A stretch of DNA of 64,000 nucleotides, taken from assembly GCF_000315625.1 (NCBI RefSeq), contig NW_005434577.1, positions 223,195 to 287,194 on the forward strand, given 5' to 3'. This DNA comes from Guillardia theta CCMP2712 (taxonomy: Eukaryota; Protista; Cryptophyta). The notes beneath the pieces were generated by a model. The model saw only the letters and a program-made list of their open reading frames with translations. It made no database searches and was not told where the DNA came from. The translations under genes were made by a program, and so were the position numbers. Shown piece after piece: positions 1-10,510 of the stretch (the first letter of the stretch is position 1; every line of letters begins with the position of its first letter).

Positions 1-801
1 CTTGTTGCTGTCCTCACAGCTTGTCGATGATGTTGCTCGTCAGCGTCTGCCTCACTGACTCTCTCTCAGGACGCCAACATCCCGGACATCTCAGGGGTGC
101 CAGGAAGGTAAAGACTTGCTGCTGCTAGACGAGAGGTCTTGTCACGTGTCGTCGCAGACCTGAAGACCCTGAGCGACAACTGTACAAGGTGAGGCTCTGG
201 TGGGAGGGGCGGAGGGGCGGAGGGCATGGGGTCAGCGTCAGTGAGGGACTTGGCAGTTCTGGGAGAGGTTTCACCTGGAGATGTCCAACGAAGAAGCCTA
301 CAACCACATGCAGGCGAGAGACGAGGAGGAAGAGCAGGAGCGAGAAGCAGAGACGGGGAGGAAGAGCAGGAGCGAGAAGCAGAGACGGGGAGAGAGGGGG
401 AGAAGGGAAGGAGAGACGGGGAGAGAGCAGGGGAAGAGAAGGAGGGGGAAGAGGAAGGGAGGGAAGGAAGGAAGGAGATGGAGAGGGAGAGAAATGAAGG
501 AAGGGAGAGGCATCAAGGGAAAGGAAGGGAGGGAGAGATGAGAGTGCAGGGGAAGGGAAGGGACTGAAGGGAAGGGGGAGAGGGGAGGGAGGAAAGGGAA
601 AGAAGGCGAGGGGAGGGAGAGAAGTGGGGACGGGAGGGAGGCTTGGAGGAGAGACTGACGGTGGCGCAGGCTCTGATCTATCAAAGTCAGACAGCGTTTG
701 TACCTCAGGTCAGCTGGGTCGCGAGGAAAGGATGAGAGTGACGAGGGTTGCAGATGGTGGAATGGGCGCACAAGCTGAAACAAGACTACTGGACTGCATG
801 A
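1..801 (+). CDS. VPS34: 3' end of class III phosphatidylinositol 3-kinase (Vps34), multi-exon, 5' part outside the window
   Basis: Exons 70-107, 158-188, 256-313, 670-708 and 754-801 splice to DANIPDISGVPG..LKTLSDNCTRFWERFHLEMSNEEAYNHMQALIYQSQTAFVPQMVEWAHKLKQDYWTA*. This matches the Vps34 C-terminus pattern DANIPDI...F.L.LSDEEA..YMQ.LI..S..A....VE..HK..QYW. The 314-669 intron has a GC donor. Confidence 0.85.
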
Positions 802-1395
802 GGGGATAGCGATGCATGCGGAAAGATAGCGTTGTGCGCGCTTGCTCTTTGGTTTCATGACGGGATCACTTCGTGTGACAACACTGGATCGAGAGATACT
901 TGTAGGAAGTTTTCCTAACAACGGTGTTGTTCATGTAGTAGTCCTCGAGCTCCTCCCACCGCTGTTCCCTGGCCATCTCGATAGCAAGGCACCCCTTGGA
1001 TGTCTTGACCGGCATCCCGTTTGCGATGAGCAGGTTGTCCAGGGAGAAGGTGACATTTCGGAGCTTCTTCCATCGTCACCTAGTAGTCGAATGAAGGACC
1101 GTACCGTTTGGCGGGCCAAGGGCCGCAGCAAGAGTCATGCGCGCCGCGGCCGGTCAGGCTCGAAGTTTAGTAGCCGCATGCCAAGTTTGCCACATGCCAT
1201 CCCACTACATGCGGCGCTCAGTTGAGGGCCTGGCACGGCCCGTTGCCACGGCGAATCACTGAGTCAGGATCGCATTCATGATGTGGCGACCAAGGCTGGC
1301 CGAACCGTCTGCGGCCGCCGGGCCGACGGCCAGCCCGGGCAATCACTGGCCGGTATCGTACGGCTGGGCAGTCGCGCGGGCTAAGCCTGCCGGGC

Positions 1396-3767
1396 TCAGA
1401 GGTCGTCGGGATCATCGTCGATGGAGATAGAGATGGCTTCCTTGGCTCTGACCGTGATGTTCCGCATGGCGCTCAGCATCTCCCTCGCTTGCTGCGCATC
1501 CTTCTCGTAGTCCTCCTTCCTCGTCTGATGCGCCTCCAGGCGTCGCGTCAGCGTCGTCGTGAGTGTGTGCAGAGTCGACTCAAAGCCTTCAGTGCTCTCT
1601 TTGCCTTCCGCCGACGCAGGAGATTGTAGTTGCTCCCGCTGCCTCTCTGCGAGCTGCAGTCGCGGTTTCACCATGCCTTGCATCTTATGCACCTCACCCT
1701 CCTTCCACTTGAGAGTATTCTTGTTGGTCTCCTCCCACGACAGCACCACCTGCTTCTTGATTTCCTTCTCGTACCCCCACGCCCCGCTGAAGACCTTCCT
1801 GCCCAGCCAAGCGAGGGCTCCCTGAGACTCATTCAGCACGGGTTTGACCGTTCGCTCGCACTTGATCAGATGCCTCAGCATGCCGGTGAGAGGGAGTAGC
1901 AGAGGCTCATCGAACGTGTCCTTAGACAAGCCCAGGCCCCCCCCTCCCTCTCCTACGTTGGCGTACGCGTCCAGAGAAATCTTCATGTCTTTCGCGAGGA
2001 ACTGCATCATGGTCCTGTGAGACTCCAGCCTCTCGTTGAGACTCTCAGCAAATGTCTTGTTGGCCTGCTGTACCTCGTCGTAGAGAAGCGTAGCCTTGCC
2101 ATTGAGGGCAACGATGACTTCCTTGACCTTGACCTCCTTGCTCGCCTCGTCATCGAACACCAGGTCTTGCTCATGGAAGGTCTCTTGCAGGATTTCATCC
2201 ACCGCTGCCTTGAACGTGTCGCACGATCGCTCGGTGCAAGCTTGACACTCATGAATCATCTTGGAGATGTCGTCGCTGAGAGACTTGTTGGCACCTGTGA
2301 GCCGTTTGATCGTCTCTTGTATGTCCGAGAGGATTTTCTCCGTCTCCTCCTTGTTCTGGGTCACTTTGTTGGCTCGCAGAGCAATGAAGACCTCAAGGTC
2401 CTTATTCGTTTGTTCCAGCTTGAAATTCGCTGCATGCAAGGCGTTGTCACCGTTCGGAGAGCAGCACTGAAGGAGGTTCTGCTTGAAGGCAGGCCAGTGC
2501 GATGAGTTGACGATCTCGTTTGCACGCTCCTCCAGGTTCTTGTCCGTCAGTTGTTCCTGACTGGGCAGGATACCAAACGCGAACTTGGAGAATGTGCGGA
2601 ACCACTCCTGTTCCCTGAAGTGCGGGGAGCGAAGTCTTACCGCGTCAAGAGTCCGCATGGCGAGACAAGCAAGACGAGCAGAACCAAGCACAATCTTGTC
2701 TCGGTCCTCGATCATCATCGAAGCAGCCACTCGCTCTTTCACTTCCTCCTCGTCCATCCCACGGTCATCCTTCTCATCGTACTTGTTGACAAACACAAGA
2801 AGTCGGTTCTTCATGATGTGCGGGTCAAACTCGTTCGTCTGCAGGATGTCCTCGTACATCTCCTGAGCGCCAGCACTTCCGATTTGCGTATAGTCCACCA
2901 CCAGGATCACTGACGTCGACATGTTCATCTGCTGCTTGATCATCTCCCTGAACTCGCTCCTGTTGCTCTCGTTAGGGCCAGGAAGGTCCAGCAGCGTCAG
3001 CCGATGGCTTTTGCTTGCTACTGGCCAGTTGTCGAACGTGGTCTCAATGACAGGGAGGTTGTCGAGTCGAACGAGGAAGTGCCAAGGGAGATCGAGCTTG
3101 GCAGCAAGGCACTCCCGCACAAACCAGTTCACACATGACATGTACTTGTACACCTCTGGCAACGAAGTGCACGCCGCAAGGTCGATGGTAGTAGAGGCAC
3201 GCTTCCAGCACTCTCGCAGGAATTCCAGGTTCTGATCCATTTCCGCGCTCCTGGGCTCTCTCTCTATCGACACGAACTTTTCCAGCAGATCCAACCACAG
3301 GTCAGAGTTCTGAACTTTGATAACCGTCTCTCCCCGATCGGATTGCCGTATGAGCACAGGGAAAGCTGTCTCCGCACAGTTGCGGTGTGGCAGTAGCTCT
3401 TTGCCGACAATCATGTTGATCGTTGAAGACTTGCCAGCCTTCATCGTTCCTGTAACTGTGAATAGATCTCCGCCGATGCTCAGTTTTAGCTTCTCATTCT
3501 CAAGCCTTTCATCGCACATCTTCTTCTGACCTGCTTCGATAAAACCTTGATCTATCATCGTCTTGATCAGTCTCAGGTAGTCATTCAGTGACGACAACAA
3601 AGTTCTTGTATTGTCATCCAGGTTTTGCTTGAGTAGAAATGGCTTGCCGATGTTGGTAGCTCTCTCTGTCCTGGGAATTTTTGTGCTGGGTCTGGTCTCT
3701 TCGGACTCAGAGCTCCTCTTGTTTGAAGATGACTCCTGAGAGCCCTTGTCCTCCATCGCTCTCAAGT
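1396..3767 (-). CDS. Bacterial-type dynamin-like GTPase (CrfC/YjdA family) with C-terminal coiled-coil stalk; single long exon, probably the last exon of the caspase-like gene upstream
   Basis: G1 GTMKAGKSSTIN, G2 region LLPHRNCAETAFPVLIR, G3 LTLLDLPGPNE, then VDYTQ and G4 VNKYD. These recall E. coli CrfC motifs GTMKAGKSTTIN / LPNRNRPMTALP / LLDTPGPNE / LDYTQ / VNKFD (from memory). Confidence 0.85.
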
Positions 3768-4004
3768 CTGCCAATCAAATTAGAAAAGATATGTAGGATC
3801 AATATTCACACGCCAACGAGGGCTGTCACTGATGATCACTGCACAGAGAGCTATTTGTAATCTATTGTGATTCTGATCTAATTGACTGAGATCTCTCTTG
3901 ATATATGTCTGAATCACTACTGAAACTTGTGTATGTCATTCGTGCATGTTCGCTCGTGCATGTTCAAGTCCCGTTATGTCGCTTGGCTCGATCGTATCGA
4001 TCAC

Positions 4005-4602
4005 CAATCGAATCCCTTGATGGGATTGGTTTATCCCAATCTTGGGAGCGACTGAGGTACAAGACCTGGAGCGTGTCGCGCATGTCAGGAGGAAGCGCCC
4101 ACCGACCTGAGTCTGACGATGACGAGTCCTCGCCTTGTTTCGCCTTGCCTGACTCGGGGATTGAAGCTTCTTCAAGCTCATGCAGGAGCTGTAAACCGAC
4201 CTCAGAGTCCGCCTCAGCCTTGTCTGCTGGTCTGCTCTGAGCTTCTTGCGCGTGTTCGCGTTGACTTGGGTTTCTCTCCTTCGGCTCATCGGGTTGATCT
4301 CCCTGGTCTAGCGATAGCTTGACTAGTGCTTGCGCCTCCTCTCCCTCGATTTGTCTTCTTCTCTTCTTCCTCTGCTCGTCAATTAGTGTATCGGCCTCTC
4401 CTTCCTCTGGCTTTCGCTTCTCCTTCTCTTGTCTCTTGCTTGCTGTCAGGCCTGGCGTCAGAGTCGCCTGCTGCTTGTCGTCATCATCCCCTTCATGCCC
4501 ATGCCCATGCTCAATCCTTTCATGTGCTGACGTCATCATAGCTTGCTCGCTGGCCTCCTCGTCTCGGTGCTTCCTCCTCTCGTCTAGACTATCCGACCCC
4601 AC
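4005..4602 (-). CDS. Low-complexity charged linker exon with NLS-like KKRRR, joining the caspase module to the dynamin
   Basis: Part of ORF 3964..4602. Acceptor GGGCAG at 4603 and donor G|GTGATC at 4004 both keep frame with the neighbouring ORFs. Confidence 0.5.
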
Positions 4603-4720
4603 CTGCCCTCATACGTCAGACCCTCATACCTCACGGCTACATGTACATCCGGCTCTACCCTAGAAGCCGAAGCCGCAGACGAGCCGCCGGTCGTCAGTCT
4701 TCTTGCCTTCTTGCTCTCAC

Positions 4721-6539
4721 CTGCGCATGGCTTAGACGATCGTAGTCTATCGCCTCTACCTTACCTCCCCCTTCCTTCACAAACGCCTCGAAGCTTCTAT
4801 ACCCTCCAGGCCTCTTGCACTCCTCCAGCCCTCGGAAACCCTCGCTCAGCTCCTCGCTCCAGCCCTCCTCGCACTCCCTCCAGTCTGCCCTGTACCCGTC
4901 GCTCCTCACGACCCAGCCTGTGCTGCTAATCCACGTCCTCCAGCCCTCCAGCTCGTGTCTGTCGTTCTCTTGCTTGCTGTGATAGTATTGGAGTAGACAA
5001 TAGTGCAAGAACACGCTGCTCAGCTTGGTCATCTTCAGCATCATGACGAAGTTTCCGACCTCCACGGCTCTCTCCAGCACATAGAAGTAGAACAAGAGCT
5101 CCTGACTATTCTGTTCCATGATTTGCTCTCGAAGATGCTCTTCGATCTTATCCATCCCGTCCTCCCATGACACCGACGGGTCCAAGCATGGATTGATAAC
5201 CTCCTCCTGCCATATCTCCAGGGATGCCTCAAGCTCTTCAGCTCTAGACGAGACTCTAGGTAACTCCTTGCTAATCGTGTAGTCCAGGATCGCAATGAGC
5301 ACTTTGTCGTCCGATATGCTGCGACCTGTCTGACTTGCCTTCCATGCATCGAACGACGGCGACGAGATCTTGTTCTGATCCACGTGCTTGCGCACAAGCT
5401 GAACAAGCTCGGGGCCTACGAGGTTCTTCTTAACCATTGAACGGTAATAATCTAAAAGTCTCTTGGTAGAGAACCTCGTGTCTTCATATCGCAGGAAGTA
5501 CATCAGCACGATCGAGCACACCCTCCACCGCGGACTATCCGCTCGCTGCTCTCCAAGGACATACTTCACCGCCTCCATCGCCCTGTCTCTGAAAGACTTG
5601 GCGTCCTCAGGGCTGTAAGCCAGCACGTACGTGTCTGCCTTGGACGTGTCTGTGAGAGGAGGATAGCTCGATACGACATCCTTGGCAGCATGCAGTGCAG
5701 CTGTACTGCTCCTGATGTCTCTCAGAGCCTCGCCGTCGCTCACCAGGCAGAAGCCTTCCGGAATGTCATAAATGTTCATCAATACACAAGGTTGTGACTC
5801 TTTGCATCTCCTCGCACAGTCTAGTAAGACGCTGTCAAGCGGTCTGTTGCAAGCGAACATCCCTGTCTCTGCATCCAGAAGCGACTCAAACAGCTTCGAC
5901 TCGTCGCTTGCTGTCTTGCCCTTGCCGCATGTCAGCAGCAGAGTCCAATGCTTGGGCAGCGCCTTCTCTTCCGGATCTTGCGGTAGACCTTCTGGCACTC
6001 CCTCGATCTTTTCCCGACCAGCGTCTATGACCACAAGCACCCTCGGATGATATCCTGATACGTCTTGCTCGAAGTCCCTGAAGAACTTGAAAACCTCCTC
6101 CATTGAAAGCATCATTTCACCCATCTCCCGGAATGATAACCCTCTCACTTCCTCCACGTCCGTCGGTATCAACATCTGATCCTTGCTCCTTGACTCGTAG
6201 ATGCCATGGCCCGCGTAGAAGAAGATCACCAGCTCCGGACACGCTCCCTCTAGCTCCCTCAGACTCCTCCTCAGGTACTCCTTCATCTCGGACGGACTCT
6301 TGGGGTTCGAGCTCAAGACCGAGTGACACTGCGGGAGTGAGCAGAGCTTCTCATGCAGCTCCGTCGCATCCTCCACGGCCCTCGCAAGCGGCTCGAGCTC
6401 TCCCTGGTAGTCGTTGAGCCCCATGCACAGCCCGTACACCCGAGGATGCTCCAGGAAGATCAAGTCTGCCTCGAAGCTCCGCTCCGTCCGACTGTCCTCG
6501 AAGCTCTGGGAGCGATACCTCGACTGACCTGACAGAGCG
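4721..6539 (-). CDS. Caspase-fold (peptidase C14-like) domain 2, catalytic Cys replaced by Gly, followed by unknown domain X copy 2
   Basis: GLCMGLNDY..L..AVEDA..L..L, FFYAGHG, LIPTD, and VVIDAGR where DACR is expected (codon GGT at 6019-6017). Confidence 0.8.
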
Positions 6540-6605
6540 CTAGCAACACATCGAGTCACGTCCGTACCCTCCTCTCACGCCCTCCTCCTCCGTCTACGCT
6601 CTTAC

Positions 6606-9183
6606 CTGTTGCGCCTCGAGAAGCTCTCGTCTGCTCTACCTCCCTCTAGAGCAAGCGCTATGACTCGCTTGACTAGCTCCCCAGCACCCTCGTCGTCTCC
6701 GCCTCCTCCCTCGCCAAGCAAGACGGCTTCATCCGCCTTGCGTGTCTCTTGTCTCGTGCTGCTGTCAGAGCCTCTCCCTCCTCTCCTCTCTATCGCTTTC
6801 ATCCTAGCACGAGTCAAGCTCCCGCCTGTCGCCCGGCCCGAGACAGCCTCGTCCTTGCTACGAGCCCCCCAGCTCTCGGAGGTCATGACGTGCAGGCAAA
6901 GCTCGTCATCCGGCCGCTCCTCCTCTCTGAAGCACAGGAGCCGCTCCAGGAGCGAGTCTTGGCCCTCCAGGTCGATGATGCAGATGAGGCGGGTGGTCTT
7001 TCGTTGCATGCCGGCCAAGAGCTTGTCTAGCAAGCGCTTGGTCTGAGAGACTGGGCTGCTGCTCCATGCCTGGAGGTCTGAGAAGGTCTTGAGGAGGGAG
7101 TGAAACCTCTTCTGCACGTATCCCTGCATGGCAGGCTTGATGCTGCTGCTCGCGGTCAAACTGTTATATAAATGAAAGTTAGAAGCCACTCGTTTGCGGC
7201 CACTCGTTAGCGGCTGATCAACAATCTCATCGGAAGATAAAATGTTTTCTAACTGTCCAAGCTTTTCACTTGTCTCCTCGACCCCGCTCTCCTCCACCTG
7301 GAGTCGCAAGTCAGTCAGCTTGCAGCCTCTCCTCCTCCTCTCTCTCTCGCGGGCACTACCGAGAGCTTCTGCCGCTCCTCGCTGACTTGAGAGTCGACTT
7401 CCTGCTCTCGTCCCCAGACTGTCAGCGCCCCTGCCCCGGCAGCCAACGTTCACGTCAGTCATCAGCATCTTCCCTCGTGAGCATCGGCTCTCACCTCCTC
7501 CCTCTAGCTTTCTCCACCCCACAAAGCCCTCGTCGTCTCCTCCTACGCCTGCCAGTAGAGATCGGAGCTGCTCCGCCTCCTCTGTCTCGAGACGCTCCTC
7601 CAGCTCCCCGTGCTCATGACTGCCAAACACCCACCCACTGCTGCTCACCCACGTTCGAAACCTGCCCTCCTCCTCCTCCCCTTGCCCCTCCCCCCCCTCC
7701 TCACTCACTTCGTCCAGCGCCGCCCTCACTCTCTTCGCCAGCGCCACGGACAAGCAGGCGCAGCTGAGCCTCGTCATCTTCAAAAACGTCACGAAGCTGC
7801 TGGTCTCGACCACTCGCGACAGCACGTGCACTGCGAGCAGAGGGCTCAGCCTCCCGTCCTGATCTGCCGTCAACTTGTCCTTGAGGTACTCCTCTGCTTC
7901 GTCCAGCGCCTTCTCCTCCGTCATGTCGCCCCCGTAGAAGTCTTGAAGCCGCACGTCCTCCTCCCACAAGCGAAGCTCTGACCTCGCTTCCTCGGGCATG
8001 TGCGAGAGCGACCGCTTGATCTCCTCGCGTACGGTGAAGTCGATCGCTGCTACCGCCGTCTTGCTGCTGGTCGACGTCCCGTAGGTCTCTTGTACCCACT
8101 GCTCTAGATTCTCCGACCGGATCTCGTTCGTGCTCATACGACCGTTGACCGCCTTGATGAGGTCAGGACCAAGCTTCTTCTTCGATCGCGTCTGAAAGTA
8201 TCTGCGAGTCGCTTGAGTCTCGTACCTCGTCTCCTCGTACCTCAGAAACACCAGCACAAACATCGAGCACACCCTCCACCGTGGACTCTCCTCTAGTAGG
8301 CTGCCAAGACTCTCCTGCAGTAGGCCTAGGATGCTGCTTCGAAACGCGTCTGCTCCTGTCCCAGCTGCTCCAGGGCTGTATCCAGCTACGACCTCTGCTG
8401 CAGGGCCCGGGCTTGTCGGCCCTGCCGATGGATCCTCAAGCCTCCTCGAGCTCTCCGCGACCCTCCTCGCTCCTTGTTGTATCTGCTGGATGTCTCTGAG
8501 GACCGTCGGGTCCGGCCTGATACACAAGCCCTCCGGGATGAAGTCAGAGCAGAACGATACTGCCACCTGCTCTCTGCGGCGACTTTCATGCATAGCATGC
8601 TCGATGGCCTGCCTTAGCCTCATGTTCCGTGCGAACATCCCATGCACCTTGTCGAGAAGGTCCCTGAGGAATGCTGACTCATCAGCTGCCTCCTGACCTC
8701 TGCTGCATGACAGGAAGAGCGAAACCTTCATGCTCCTAGTCTTGTCCGATCTCACTGGCTCGATACTTTAGCCCCTCCACGTTCTCTGCCCCCGCAGCCA
8801 TGGCGCTCAGCATATCTGCGACGGTCACCACGCTCCATCCTTGCTCCTCTGACATCTCCGGCCTCACGACATCGCATGTCAGCATTGCGATCTCACCCGA
8901 GCTCAGCTGTATCGCATGCCCGGCATAGAACACCAGCATCAGCTCCGGTCGCTTGGTCTGGCAGTCCATGGCGAGAGAGGAAAGAATGTCTAACATGGAC
9001 TGTCTCGTCGACGGGTTGGCGAGGAGGAAGGAGGAGCAGCCCGAGCTGCCTTCCAGATCCCTATGCATTCTACGCGCATCTTTCACAGCCTCATCCAATG
9101 GGTCCAAATGTGTGTAAACATCGGCTCCTATGCAGAGAGCCTTGACACGACGAGTACCTTGCATCTCACTCTGTTGAGCGTAC
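6606..9183 (-). CDS. Caspase-fold domain 1 (Cys strand deleted, frameshift near 8765), unknown domain X copy 1 and linker
   Basis: ALCIGADVY..L..L..AVKDARRM..VFYAGHA in ORF 8736..9290. It continues in another frame as VSLFLSCSRG..ADES (cf. WTLLLTCGKG..ASDES in domain 2). SPRWRVCS..FLRYE.TR.. to RTW.SS.GWV is repeated in both modules. Confidence 0.7.
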
Positions 9184-9254
9184 CTGAGAGTTTGATTATT
9201 GATAGATAGATTTTTGATTATTGATAGATAGATTATTGATAGATAGTACCATCT

Positions 9255-9356
9255 ATCTAGGAAAATTGTCCATCTAGGAAAATTGTCCATCTAGGGAAAT
9301 TGTCCATCTAGGAAAATTGTCGATCTAGGAAAATTGTCTATCTAGGAAAATTGTCT
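9255..9356. repeat. 17-bp minisatellite, about 6 copies (ATCTAGGAAAATTGTCC)
   Basis: Direct tandem copies with single substitutions and no spacers. Confidence 0.9.
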
Positions 9357-9443
9357 ATCATATTTGTTGGAACAAGTCTCTCACGGTTTTACAAATGAAT
9401 GGCTTCTCACAATCCGTTTGAGAAGAAGCAGCGAAAAATTTGT

Positions 9444-9492
<49 letters not shown>

Positions 9493-9707
9493 TCAGCCAA
9501 AGCTGTGTATAAGGCTCCTACTTGAGAAGTTGCTCTAGTGTGTTCTCTTTTCAGGACTATATCAGATCATCTCCTTCCTTGCTTTCTTCCCTCCTTCTCC
9601 TCTCCTCCCATCCACCAGCCTCAGTCACGTTCCCATGACCTCCTCTCTTGCCTTCCTGACGACGATTCAGCCCCGCTACTTATTTTCCCAGTAGACCACC
9701 CCACCTA

Positions 9708-9806
9708 AAAGTTAAGTTAAAAAAAATCAGTACGAAGACATTGAATCAGGAGAGTCCAGGCTCTCCTGATTGTCCTCGTACTGATTTTAACTTAACTTTG
9801 AGTAAA
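9708..9806. mobile_element. Two head-to-head ~45-bp 3'-end remnants of the CRE-like element, forming a hairpin
   Basis: 9761-9806 (CTCTCCTGATTGTCCTCGTACTGATTTTAACTTAACTTTGAGTAAA) equals 40935-40981 apart from one T. 9708-9754 is a diverged reverse-complement copy. The loop is TCCAGG. Confidence 0.8.
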
Positions 9807-10086
9807 GGCTCAGGAGTCAGCGGCTGTGTTGGAAGGCTGTCACTAGTGGGCAGGATACCGGGCCCGCTTGGTTCTCGCGCGCTAGGCTCCGACGAGTCAG
9901 TGAAGGCTTTCGGGCCGGGCCTCTTCAGGCTCGTCGTACCGGGCCCAGGCTGTGCGACCCTGACCCGTAGTCAGTGTCTGATTCTCGCTGCCGCCGGGGC
10001 CGCGCCCGCCGCCGTGACTAGTAGACCACGTTAAACTGAACTCGGAAATCCGAGCCAGTCACCCGTACGGTGTGGTCGGACATGTT

Positions 10087-10481
10087 TGATGGATTGTATG
10101 CAGTAGCGAAGTTAGAGCAGATAGGTAATTGACTTCAGAGATAAGAGTATTTATAAGTAGAGCAAGGATAGGAAGACAACAGAGACTGAAAGGATAGGAG
10201 AAAGAAAAAGATTAAGAGATAGTGAGAAAGGAAAAGAGAAGAGAGAGAGAATGAGGAGAAAGAAAGAGGGAGAAGAGAGGGAAAGAGACAGAGAGAGAGG
10301 AAGACAAGACCCCATGCTTATATACAGATAACCAGGGGTATTGTCCGCCCCGAGGATGCTTCCTCTGGTCATTCCATCGAATAGTCGGAATGGAGAACCG
10401 TACCGTTCCAGAACAGTTACAATTTCTCAGTTTTTAGGCTCGGCAAGTCTGGGCTCTATATAAGATCCATGTGATCCGTCG
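10087..10481 (-). repeat. 3' LTR
   Basis: Direct repeat of 15935-16329 (offset 5848), preceded on the sense strand by the PPT TCAGGGGGG. Confidence 0.95.
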
Positions 10482-10490
10482 CCCCCCTGA
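10482..10490 (-). promoter_or_regulatory. Polypurine tract
   Basis: Sense-strand AGGGGGG immediately 5' of the 3' LTR. Confidence 0.75.
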
Positions 10491-10510
10491 GACCAGACAT
10501 GGTAGAGTCC

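Noticed and set aside
1396-9290. Bacterial contaminant or operon
   Set aside because: In-frame GT-AG introns and contiguous spliced eukaryotic neighbours argue against it.
9255-9356. Iteron- or CRISPR-like 17-bp repeats, and the ORF 8736..9290 start within them
   Set aside because: There are no spacers. The repeat lies upstream of a splice acceptor (about 9184), so that ORF's N-terminus is probably non-coding.
10082-10087. 6-bp TSD ATGTTT
   Set aside because: Possible by sequence, but it would leave asymmetric G...CA ends. A 5-bp TSD with TG...CA fits Copia integrase.
10151-10372. Duplicated 73-aa hydrophobic ORF (also 15999..16220)
   Set aside because: It is a translation of the CT-rich LTR sequence.
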